Source: Nonlabens ponticola
Lineage (GTDB): Bacteria; Bacteroidota; Bacteroidia; Flavobacteriales; Flavobacteriaceae
DNA: 32,000 nucleotides
NCBI RefSeq assembly: GCF_003966335.1
Contig: NZ_CP034549.1
Span: 1,950,001-1,982,000, forward strand
Direction: 5' to 3'
Made by a program: the position numbers and the translations under genes. Positions 25,451 through 32,000 of this stretch are shown piece after piece. The stretch's first letter is position 1. Each line of letters begins with the position of its first letter. Below the pieces are notes generated by a model that saw only the letters and a program-made list of their open reading frames with translations, made no database searches and was not told the DNA's origin.

Positions 25451-25551
25451 GTAATTCTAACCATCATCCTGACTTTTCCAATTACAAATGTGCGACATCA
25501 TGTAATTATGACAATCTCATCTCATGGATGTATTCCCTAAGGATCATCACT

Positions 25552-25559
25552 TATTTTTG
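25552..25559 (+). promoter_or_regulatory. candidate -7 promoter box TATTTTTG
   Basis: Exact TAnnTTTG match 20 nt upstream of the ATG at 25579. Confidence 0.35.
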
Positions 25560-25578
25560 CAGCTTTTAAAATCTTGAA

Positions 25579-26088
25579 ATGGGCAGGAAGACATCTAACA
25601 AAATGCGATTGTATCACAGGAATCTAGGGTTCTTTCTGGCTGGTATCATGGCGGTCTATGCAATAAGTGGTATTGCCTTGATATTTAGAGATACCGATTA
25701 CTTGAAAAAAGAGGTAATTCATGAAAAGCGTATCGCCACAAATCTAGACCAAGCCGCGCTGCGCACCGAGCTGCGGATCAAGAAATTAGAAGTCATTAAA
25801 ACCTCTAACGATACACTTTACTTTAAAGAAGGAACTTATAATACGGCGACTGGCGATGCCGTGTTTACTAAAATGCAAACACCTTATTTGCTTGATAAAC
25901 TCCAGCATTTTCATAAAGCCAAAACTGGCGATCCACTTTACTATCTCAATATCTTTTTTGGCGTTGGGCTGCTGTTCTTTGTAGTATCCGCTTTTTGGAT
26001 GTTCATGCCATCAACACCTATCTTTAAAAAAGGTGTTTTGTTTGCCGCGGCTGGACTGGTGTTGACTTTACTACTATTGTTCATTTAA
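25579..26088 (+). CDS. hypothetical membrane protein (PepSY-associated TM-helix-like)
   Basis: 169-aa ORF. An N-terminal ..LYHRNLGFFLAGIMAVYAISGIALIF TM helix and a C-terminal pair of TM helices. The start may instead be the ATG at 25603. Confidence 0.65.
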   Translation: MGRKTSNKMRLYHRNLGFFLAGIMAVYAISGIALIFRDTDYLKKEVIHEKRIATNLDQAALRTELRIKKLEVIKTSNDTLYFKEGTYNTATGDAVFTKMQTPYLLDKLQHFHKAKTGDPLYYLNIFFGVGLLFFVVSAFWMFMPSTPIFKKGVLFAAAGLVLTLLLLFI

Positions 26089-26122
26089 GGCTCAACGGTT
26101 GGTCTTGAATCATATGAATACA

Positions 26123-26156
26123 AAAAGCGAGTGAATCTGTGGATTTACTCGCTTTT
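26123..26156. terminator. bidirectional rho-independent-type terminator hairpin (AAAAGCGAGTGAATC-tgtg-GATTTACTCGCTTTT)
   Basis: 15-bp stem with one G-T position, flanked by an A-run and a T-run, between convergent genes ending at 26088 (+) and 26197 (-). Confidence 0.6.
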
Positions 26157-26196
26157 GTATTTATTTGAGATTCATAAGTTTATGTAGCAATGATTT

Positions 26197-26937
26197 TTAT
26201 TGCTCCTTTACCACAATGTATTTTTTGTCTGCTTCACTATACGTAAGAAACTCACTGAAACTGCTTGTCCTATCAATTATTTCTTTATCGCAATTTTCAT
26301 CATAGCGATAATTGGTAGTTATCGAATTAAGAGATATTGGTTTAAAGCGATTTCCTGTATGTAGCTGCGTGAAAAAAATAATTTTTGATTTTTCGAAAGA
26401 TACATTCTCACACGATCCATCAGTATGGCCATGTGATTCCTCAATTTTAAAACTGTTTAAGATTTCAACGATCTTCTTATTTTCAACATAATATAAATTT
26501 AAATATACAGCATGGTAGGGATCTATTCTTGAGCTACCACCATAATTATAGGTAAGTCCAAAAGCTGTTTTATAATTATTTATATTTTGAAATGAAAGGT
26601 CAATTTCTATCGAACTTAAATACAAAGCATCTGATGTCCACGCGTTTTGTTTGACGTAGTGTGTGTAAAATTCTTTTGTTTGACTATTCCAAATGACAGT
26701 ATGATTATCAATGTCATAGCAATAATCACAATCCTCATATCTACCAGAAATTACTGGTAGTACAGCGATTATCCTGTCACTGCTATATTCATCAAAGGCA
26801 ACTTTGTCTCTCAACAAATCATTTTCATCTATATCGAGAAATTGAATAGCAGCTTTTACCAGTTCATCTTCTATTGCTTCTTGAGCACTACTTAAAGTGG
26901 CAACTAATAAAGCTGCTAAGCACAACATCTTACGCAT
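26197..26937 (-). CDS. hypothetical secreted protein (low-GC gene)
   Basis: 246-aa ORF with signal peptide MRKMLCLAALLVATLSSAQ. I recognise no family. Confidence 0.7.
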   Translation of the reverse strand: MRKMLCLAALLVATLSSAQEAIEDELVKAAIQFLDIDENDLLRDKVAFDEYSSDRIIAVLPVISGRYEDCDYCYDIDNHTVIWNSQTKEFYTHYVKQNAWTSDALYLSSIEIDLSFQNINNYKTAFGLTYNYGGSSRIDPYHAVYLNLYYVENKKIVEILNSFKIEESHGHTDGSCENVSFEKSKIIFFTQLHTGNRFKPISLNSITTNYRYDENCDKEIIDRTSSFSEFLTYSEADKKYIVVKEQ

Positions 26938-26955
26938 AATTCAAATATTACGGTA

Positions 26956-28503
26956 TCATTCATCTATCGTCCTGATAGGCGATCGTGGTGTAGGCCATTC
27001 TCGGCGTTCGCCAGTACGGCTATCAATAGGCAATACAGCTTGTTCACGACTGGTTTTATCTGGATCTTCGCTGGCTTTATAGGCCAATATTGCTGTCAAA
27101 ATAGCGTTGTTGCGCACATCATCAAAAACGATCTTGTCATACGTATCGCGATTAGTGTGCCAGGTGTAATTCCAGTAATCCCAACTCAATGAACTCAAAC
27201 TAAACGCCGGCGCGCCAGCTGCCTGAAAGCTCGCATAATCAGAACCGCCACGAGCTGGTGATCCAGGAAAACTTGTCTCAATCTTATCAGTTATGTCGTT
27301 AGGAACAGCGTTGAGCCAACTGCTCAAATAATCATAGGATTGCAAGAAACCACCGCCAGAAAGTCTTACCACGCGACCAGTACCATTGTCTTGATTGAAT
27401 ACGGCTTGTACGCCAGCTACAATTTCTGGATGATCTTCAACGTAGGCTCTTGAACCGTTGAGACCTTGTTCCTCGCTACCCCATAAACCAACAATGATGG
27501 TGCGTTTAGGGTTAGGGTAGTGCTTCTTTAAAATACGTGCTGCTTCCATCATCGTGATAGATCCAGTACCGTTATCTGTAGCACCGGTACCGCCATCCCA
27601 TGAATCATAGTGAGCACTCAGGATCACATATTCTTCGGGTTTTTCAGTTCCTTTAATGGTTGCGATAGTGTTGAATGTAGGTTGTTTACCTAGATCTTTT
27701 GATTGGGCGTTGATGTGCAGTTTTGGCGTGTGGCCTGATGCTGCCAGGCGATAGAGTAGTCCATAATCTTCTAGTTCTAGGTCGATGGTAGGAATCTCTT
27801 TAGTGCGAGCACTGAAGATTTTATTGACGCCAAATCCTCTTGACCAATTGGAACCTATTATAGCAACCGCTCCAGCTTTTTCAAGTGCCTCGTCTATAGA
27901 TCTAGAGTTGTGACCCATATTGCGCAAGTTGTCTCTATAGGAGTCACGCATGCTGTCTCGATCCTTTTTCATTTTTTCAAAAGAAGCATCAGTCGCATAT
28001 TCTTCCCAGTTTTCATCGGGTCGTCCAGTAGGCTGTGGCATGGACGTGAGAACGATCTTTCCCTTGATGGTCTTGAGCCAGTTGTTGAATTGATCTTCAT
28101 TTTCTATCGTTGGTAAGATTACAACCTGTGCTTCAAGGCCTTTTTTGCTGGTGCTAGGACTCCATGCGAGTTGGGTTCCTTGTAGGCTCTCGACTCTAGG
28201 TTCTAGCATATCGACGTGCGTGATACCACGCTGCCAGCCTTGCCAGTCACCATAATTTTCTAGTTGTGCATCGATGCCCCAGGAATTAAACTTTTGTACG
28301 GCCCATTTGCCAGCCTGCTTCATCTGTGGCGATCCTACCAGTCGCGGCCCGATAACATCCATCATCTCGTGTGCTAGGGATTCTAATTGAGAGTTTTCGG
28401 TAGCTTCCTTTATAATGGCGTCGACTACTGGATCATTTTCTTGTGCGATCAAGGTTCCTGTGCATAAAATTACGGATAGGAGTGTGGTGGCTAACTTGTT
28501 CAT
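26956..28503 (-). CDS. M28 family metallopeptidase (aminopeptidase)
   Basis: ORF track 26956..28596. The ATG at 28503 gives signal peptide MNKLATTLLSVILCTGTLIAQ. ...LSAHYDSWDGGTGATDNGTGS... and ...GLWGSEEQGLNGS... are M28 zinc-ligand motifs. Confidence 0.85.
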   Translation of the reverse strand: MNKLATTLLSVILCTGTLIAQENDPVVDAIIKEATENSQLESLAHEMMDVIGPRLVGSPQMKQAGKWAVQKFNSWGIDAQLENYGDWQGWQRGITHVDMLEPRVESLQGTQLAWSPSTSKKGLEAQVVILPTIENEDQFNNWLKTIKGKIVLTSMPQPTGRPDENWEEYATDASFEKMKKDRDSMRDSYRDNLRNMGHNSRSIDEALEKAGAVAIIGSNWSRGFGVNKIFSARTKEIPTIDLELEDYGLLYRLAASGHTPKLHINAQSKDLGKQPTFNTIATIKGTEKPEEYVILSAHYDSWDGGTGATDNGTGSITMMEAARILKKHYPNPKRTIIVGLWGSEEQGLNGSRAYVEDHPEIVAGVQAVFNQDNGTGRVVRLSGGGFLQSYDYLSSWLNAVPNDITDKIETSFPGSPARGGSDYASFQAAGAPAFSLSSLSWDYWNYTWHTNRDTYDKIVFDDVRNNAILTAILAYKASEDPDKTSREQAVLPIDSRTGERREWPTPRSPIRTIDE

Positions 28504-28558
28504 ATTTCTATTGTTTGTCTTTATATCTGTGGTTAGTGATGTGGTTTTTGATGATTTT

Positions 28559-28572
28559 GCTTTCGCGAAAGC
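28559..28572. repeat. iterated palindrome copy 8 (between the dienelactone hydrolase stop and the M28 peptidase start)
   Basis: Exact 14-mer. It falls in the probably untranslated N-terminal extension of ORF 26956..28596. Confidence 0.95.
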
Positions 28573-28611
28573 TGACACGGTAAATGCATCATGCAAATTA
28601 TTATATATCGA

Positions 28612-29496
28612 TCAAGAAAGATGCTTTTCAAAAAAGTCGATAGTTCTAGACCAGGCCAGTTGCGCTGCCTCTTTATCATATCGAGGCGTCGAGTAATTGT
28701 GAAAACCATGATTGGCGCCATCGTAAAAATGAGCAGTGTGTTCAATGTTGTTGCGTTCAAGAACTTCTTTATAATCAGGCCAGCCGGCATTTACTCTATC
28801 ATCAAGCCCAGCATATTGCAATAGTAGCGGAGCACTGATTTCCGCAGCTTGAGAAGCATCAGGTTGCCTGCCATAGAATGGTACGGCGGCACCTAGATCA
28901 GGTAGTTGTACGGCCATCATGTTTGCGATCCAGCCGCCAAAACAGAAACCAACCACACCAACATTGCCGGTGCAATCTGGAAGGTTTTTCAAATAATGGT
29001 ACGCGGCAATAAAATCTTCTAGCATCTCTAATCGATCACGAGTGCGCTGCATCGCACGACCTTCATCATCATTACTAGGATAACCACCTAGTGGGCTAAG
29101 TGCATCTGGTGCCAGTGTGATGAAACCATCGATGGCGCCTTGACGACCTACATCTTCTACATAAGGATTGAGGCCTCGATTTTCATGAACCACGATAATG
29201 CCGTGTACTTTTTTATCAAGCTGTGACGGTCTTGAAAGTAGTCCTGTAATATCGCCGCCACCTTTAGGTGAACTATATGTTATGTACTCACTTTTAAATC
29301 GATCGTCATCGATTGCCACTGTTGGATTATCATAGTCAGGTTGTACAAAACTGAGCAGGCTAGGTAGCGTGAGAGCGCCTACGGCAAAGACCGATAATCG
29401 CTCTACAAAGGCGCGACGATCAATTTTATTATGTGCATAATCGTCATAAAGATCCAGTACTTCTTGAGAAATATCCTCGCGTTTGAGCTGCGCCAT
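28612..29496 (-). CDS. dienelactone hydrolase family protein with a Tat-type signal
   Basis: 294-aa ORF. The twin-arginine motif DRRAFVERLSVFAVGALTL, then ...VVGFCFGG... (nucleophile elbow) and ...GANHGFHN... Confidence 0.85.
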   Translation of the reverse strand: MAQLKREDISQEVLDLYDDYAHNKIDRRAFVERLSVFAVGALTLPSLLSFVQPDYDNPTVAIDDDRFKSEYITYSSPKGGGDITGLLSRPSQLDKKVHGIIVVHENRGLNPYVEDVGRQGAIDGFITLAPDALSPLGGYPSNDDEGRAMQRTRDRLEMLEDFIAAYHYLKNLPDCTGNVGVVGFCFGGWIANMMAVQLPDLGAAVPFYGRQPDASQAAEISAPLLLQYAGLDDRVNAGWPDYKEVLERNNIEHTAHFYDGANHGFHNYSTPRYDKEAAQLAWSRTIDFFEKHLS

Positions 29497-29736
29497 GATG
29501 TAGGTGGTTTAAGATTCTTAAAGCTATTACTTTTTTGACTAATGCATAGGCAGTAGAGTAGTGCAAGTGCCACTGATAAAGGATCATGATAATTACCATT
29601 ACTTGTGCACCCGAAGTTTGTAATAAGACAACATGCTAACCATCAACGAAGTAACTTATTGAATGTTAGGGAAATAATTATGATTATTGTGGTTTAAATA
29701 GTCCATCTTTGTACTTTAATAATTTATAACAATAAC

Positions 29737-29928
29737 ATGAGTACAGGAACAGTAAAATTTTTTAACGAGACAAAAGGATTTGGATTTATCACTGAAGAAG
29801 GTGTAGAGAAAGATCACTTTGTACACGTGACAGGCTTGATCGATGAAATACGTGAAGGCGACGAGGTTTCTTTTGACCTTAAAGAAGGTAACAAGGGACT
29901 TAACGCAGTAAACGTAAAAGTACTATAA
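29737..29928 (+). CDS. cold-shock protein (CspA family)
   Basis: 63-aa ORF. GTVKFFNETKGFGFI (RNP-1) and HFVHV (RNP-2). Confidence 0.95.
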   Translation: MSTGTVKFFNETKGFGFITEEGVEKDHFVHVTGLIDEIREGDEVSFDLKEGNKGLNAVNVKVL

Positions 29929-29982
29929 TATATACTTGACACTATTGCATTCTGTGATGCTAACCCATCCAGAATTACACTT

Positions 29983-30010
29983 AAAACCCATCATTTTGAT
30001 GGGTTTTTTT
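29983..30010 (+). terminator. rho-independent terminator AAAACCCATCA-ttt-TGATGGGTTTTTTT
   Basis: 7-bp GC-containing stem plus a 7-nt T-run, 55 nt after the csp stop. Confidence 0.75.
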
Positions 30011-30350
30011 GTGGCTTGAATTAAATTTATTTTCTGTGGAACGATTCGCCTTCAGAGTTTTAAATAACAGCGATGAATTTTCCCATATACGGAACAGCCT
30101 AATTAATGACTTAATTGAATTTGAGCGTATCATGGCGAAGACGATTCCTGTTGTGGATTTGCATATAAGTGACGACAGTTTGTTAGTGGCTCGCTGTGAC
30201 GATTAGGGTGTTGGTACTTATAAGATTTGTAATGTTTAGGAATTTAACATTGCAAGAAAAGATAAATATGACTTATGTTCTATAATATATATTATGTCAA
30301 ATAAATGAGCATCACTGACTAAGGTGACACTCCAACAATATCCTATTTAA

Positions 30351-30965
30351 TTAGCGTGATGCAACAGCATCTACTTGCATCGACTTCGCTCTAATAATAT
30401 ATCCATTAAACGATTGTCTAAGCGCAAAGGTCCTGTTCTTGAATTTTCCAATGCCAGGCGAATACTCTAACAATACTTTATTAGGTTCATTTGGCTGTGC
30501 TGCATAAATATATTGAATGACTGAAGCAAGAAATCTATTGTCACCTTCATAGATATCAAATTCTACTTTGTATCTATTTTTATTAAGTTCTGGTGTGACT
30601 TTTAGATTTCTTTTCAAACCTTGAATCTTGTGACGTTCGTTAGATTTCAAGGTTTGTTGTGGCCTATCATTATTTAAGAATTGACCCGCTGAACTATTGA
30701 ACTCAAGCAACAATCCTATTGAATCATTATTCACGTTGACATATTGTTGAACAAACTGTGGAATTTTTTTCTCACCTAAATCATCTACATTAACTAAATC
30801 TGCATCAAACTCAAAACCAATAAGATATTCTTGGTTTTGTACTATCGATGCTAATTCATCTAATTCCAATTGCGATGCGGATTCATCTTCAATTTTAGCA
30901 CTATTACAACTGGTAATAGCAAAGACAAAAAAGATGAAACCGAAAAATTTATAAAACTGATTCAT
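30351..30965 (-). CDS. hypothetical lipoprotein (possible DUF4251-like paralog of the upstream gene)
   Basis: ORF track 30351..31004. The ATG at 30965 gives MNQFYKFFGFIFFVFAITSCNS (lipobox). The C-terminal part (NKNRYKVEFDIYEGDN...) loosely parallels the neighbouring gene. Confidence 0.65.
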   Translation of the reverse strand: MNQFYKFFGFIFFVFAITSCNSAKIEDESASQLELDELASIVQNQEYLIGFEFDADLVNVDDLGEKKIPQFVQQYVNVNNDSIGLLLEFNSSAGQFLNNDRPQQTLKSNERHKIQGLKRNLKVTPELNKNRYKVEFDIYEGDNRFLASVIQYIYAAQPNEPNKVLLEYSPGIGKFKNRTFALRQSFNGYIIRAKSMQVDAVASR

Positions 30966-31042
30966 AATAAAATTTATATTGATTCCTAAAATAAAATGCC
31001 ACAAGTATCATTCCAAGCAAACTGATAGTAAAAGATTGATCT

Positions 31043-31612
31043 TTAATCTTGGCTTACAGAATTGATGGTACCTCTATACTCCATCCTAGTACGCTGATTA
31101 CTATTTACATAGATTACGGCATTCTTGTTGGCAAACAGAATGAGATCCACATTATAGTTCTCAGTTCCTTGATTTACCTCAAAGCTTATATCGTAACGGC
31201 GTTTATTATCATCAGCACTGATTTCATAATCATCTGGTGAATCTTCAAAAACAATTCCTGTGTCTCCATCAGTACCTGCATAACTACCTGCCTGACGGCG
31301 CTCACCATAAAAAGGCAAATTAGCCATCACTTGATCGTTGCCTATTTGCATGAAATGTCCATCGCCACTTATATCTATACGTGCTGCGCTATCGCCGGTA
31401 TTAGTCAATACCTGATTGATGACTTGCTGGCTTGCATAAGTATTGCTGGGATAAGCGGCCTGTGCTTCAATACGCAATTCACCGCTGTTGATCATAGCTT
31501 GTAATTCTTGCCATTCTTCTGTAGTTCCAGTTTTCTGTACACTGCACGAGCTTATTACAGCCAAAATCATTGATAAACCAATCCATTGTAAACTCTTTGA
31601 CATCTTTCTCAT
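31043..31612 (-). CDS. DUF4251 domain-containing lipoprotein
   Basis: 189-aa ORF with lipoprotein signal ...LAVISSCS. ...ANLPFYGERRQAGSY... and ...YDISFEVNQGTENYNVDL... resemble Bacteroidota DUF4251 from memory. Confidence 0.7.
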   Translation of the reverse strand: MRKMSKSLQWIGLSMILAVISSCSVQKTGTTEEWQELQAMINSGELRIEAQAAYPSNTYASQQVINQVLTNTGDSAARIDISGDGHFMQIGNDQVMANLPFYGERRQAGSYAGTDGDTGIVFEDSPDDYEISADDNKRRYDISFEVNQGTENYNVDLILFANKNAVIYVNSNQRTRMEYRGTINSVSQD

Positions 31613-31696
31613 CTTCTCTTTTTACCCAAAAGATAGCGAGTTAGCGTATATCTCTATGAGAATAACATCTTAAAATTCAAGAGGATGTGATCCAGC

Positions 31697-32000
31697 TTAT
31701 CTCTTAAGCGTAAAATTTCCTGAAATTTCCTGGTTGACATAATAAATACGATACCAATAATCTGCACTGGGTAATGGCTCATTATTGATGGTACCATCCC
31801 AAAAATTATTATCAGCATCAATCAAGGCAACTAGCTTACCATAGCGATCAAAGATTTCCACTCGAGCATCGGGAAAGGATTCAATATTTCCCAGAGTCCA
31901 TGTGTCGTTGAATCCATCTCCATTAGGCGTGAAAAATTGGTCGATTCCCAATTTATTGAAAACATCGCGCACAATGACACATCCATTAGAATCTGTCACC
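31697..32000 (-). CDS. T9SS type-B sorting domain (gliding-motility C-terminal domain) protein, C-terminal end only
   Basis: The frame is open to the window edge. ...FFTPNGDGFNDTWTLGNIESFPDARVEIFDRYGKLV...DGT.NNEPLPSADYWYRI is the classic CHU_C / T9SS type-B sorting domain. Confidence 0.85.
   Translation of the reverse strand, partial: VTDSNGCVIVRDVFNKLGIDQFFTPNGDGFNDTWTLGNIESFPDARVEIFDRYGKLVALIDADNNFWDGTINNEPLPSADYWYRIYYVNQEISGNFTLKR

Noticed and set aside
26897-28824. ORFs 26897..27082, 27910..28116, 28415..28696, 28533..28790 and 28591..28824, plus the N-terminal extension of 26956..28596
   Set aside because: They are shadow ORFs of the M28 peptidase and dienelactone hydrolase genes. The 31-aa extension (MHDAFTVSAFAKAKSS...) precedes a perfect signal peptide starting at the ATG at 28503 and merely translates palindrome copy 8.
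30009-30206. 65-aa plus-strand ORF in the csp-downstream intergenic region
   Set aside because: It starts inside the csp terminator T-run. It has no signal, motif or promoter box, and the region is AT-rich. It is probably non-coding, although I cannot exclude a small protein.
30282-30295. 14-bp perfect palindrome ATAATATATATTAT
   Set aside because: It is pure A/T low-complexity sequence in an AT-rich spacer. Such dyads arise easily by chance and occur once here, unlike the GC-containing iterated palindrome.
31049-31673. ORFs 31049..31240 and 31488..31673
   Set aside because: They are antisense to the DUF4251 lipoprotein gene and are Ile-rich, low-complexity translations.
1-32000. Search for CRISPR arrays, tRNA/rRNA genes, transposases, integrases, toxin-antitoxin or defence-system genes
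   Set aside because: I saw no regularly spaced direct repeats, no tRNA-like T-arm (GGTTCGAATCC-type) sequences in the intergenic gaps, and no ORF with recombinase, nuclease or defence signatures. The window looks like core chromosome.

Overview
This looks like a chromosomal segment from a Flavobacteriia-type Bacteroidota genome. Supporting signs are a T9SS type-B sorting domain, DUF4251/DUF4294/DUF2490-like lipoproteins, TAnnTTTG -7 promoter boxes, no Shine-Dalgarno sites, and a Bacteroides-type acyl-ornithine carbamoyltransferase. All family names are recognised by eye from the translations; nothing was searched.

The gene content is mostly housekeeping:
- a partial ABC exporter, secreted proteins and lipoproteins, an MFS transporter
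- M42, M48 and M28 peptidases
- a TrmH-family methyltransferase, DUF3817, MscS, an FAD oxidoreductase
- two orphan sensor histidine kinases
- a nine-gene arginine-biosynthesis cluster (GNAT-argG-argC-argD-argF'-GNAT-argB-argE-argH)
- an EamA transporter, dienelactone hydrolase, a cold-shock protein, and the C-terminus of a T9SS cargo protein

I saw no rRNA, tRNA, CRISPR array, transposase, integrase or recognisable defence genes.

Four signals are not explained by the gene list:
1. An exact 14-bp palindrome, GCTTTCGCGAAAGC, occurs 8 times. Five copies lie in frame inside conserved genes and three are intergenic, often with palindromic flanks up to 24 bp. It behaves like a highly iterated palindrome or uptake-sequence-like motif.
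2. Two tandem mini-ORFs ending in arginine-codon runs (RRRCR-stop and RRRR-stop) sit in the roughly 250-nt leader of the arg operon. No argR is present, which suggests arginine-sensing leader-peptide control.
3. argB carries an in-frame tandem 24-nt repeat insertion.
4. A 406-nt structured spacer splits argE from argH.

Smaller oddities:
- The conserved first transmembrane (TM) helix of the MFS gene has no canonical start codon.
- Three -7 promoter boxes abut ATG codons in a leaderless geometry.
- There is a low-GC hypothetical gene.
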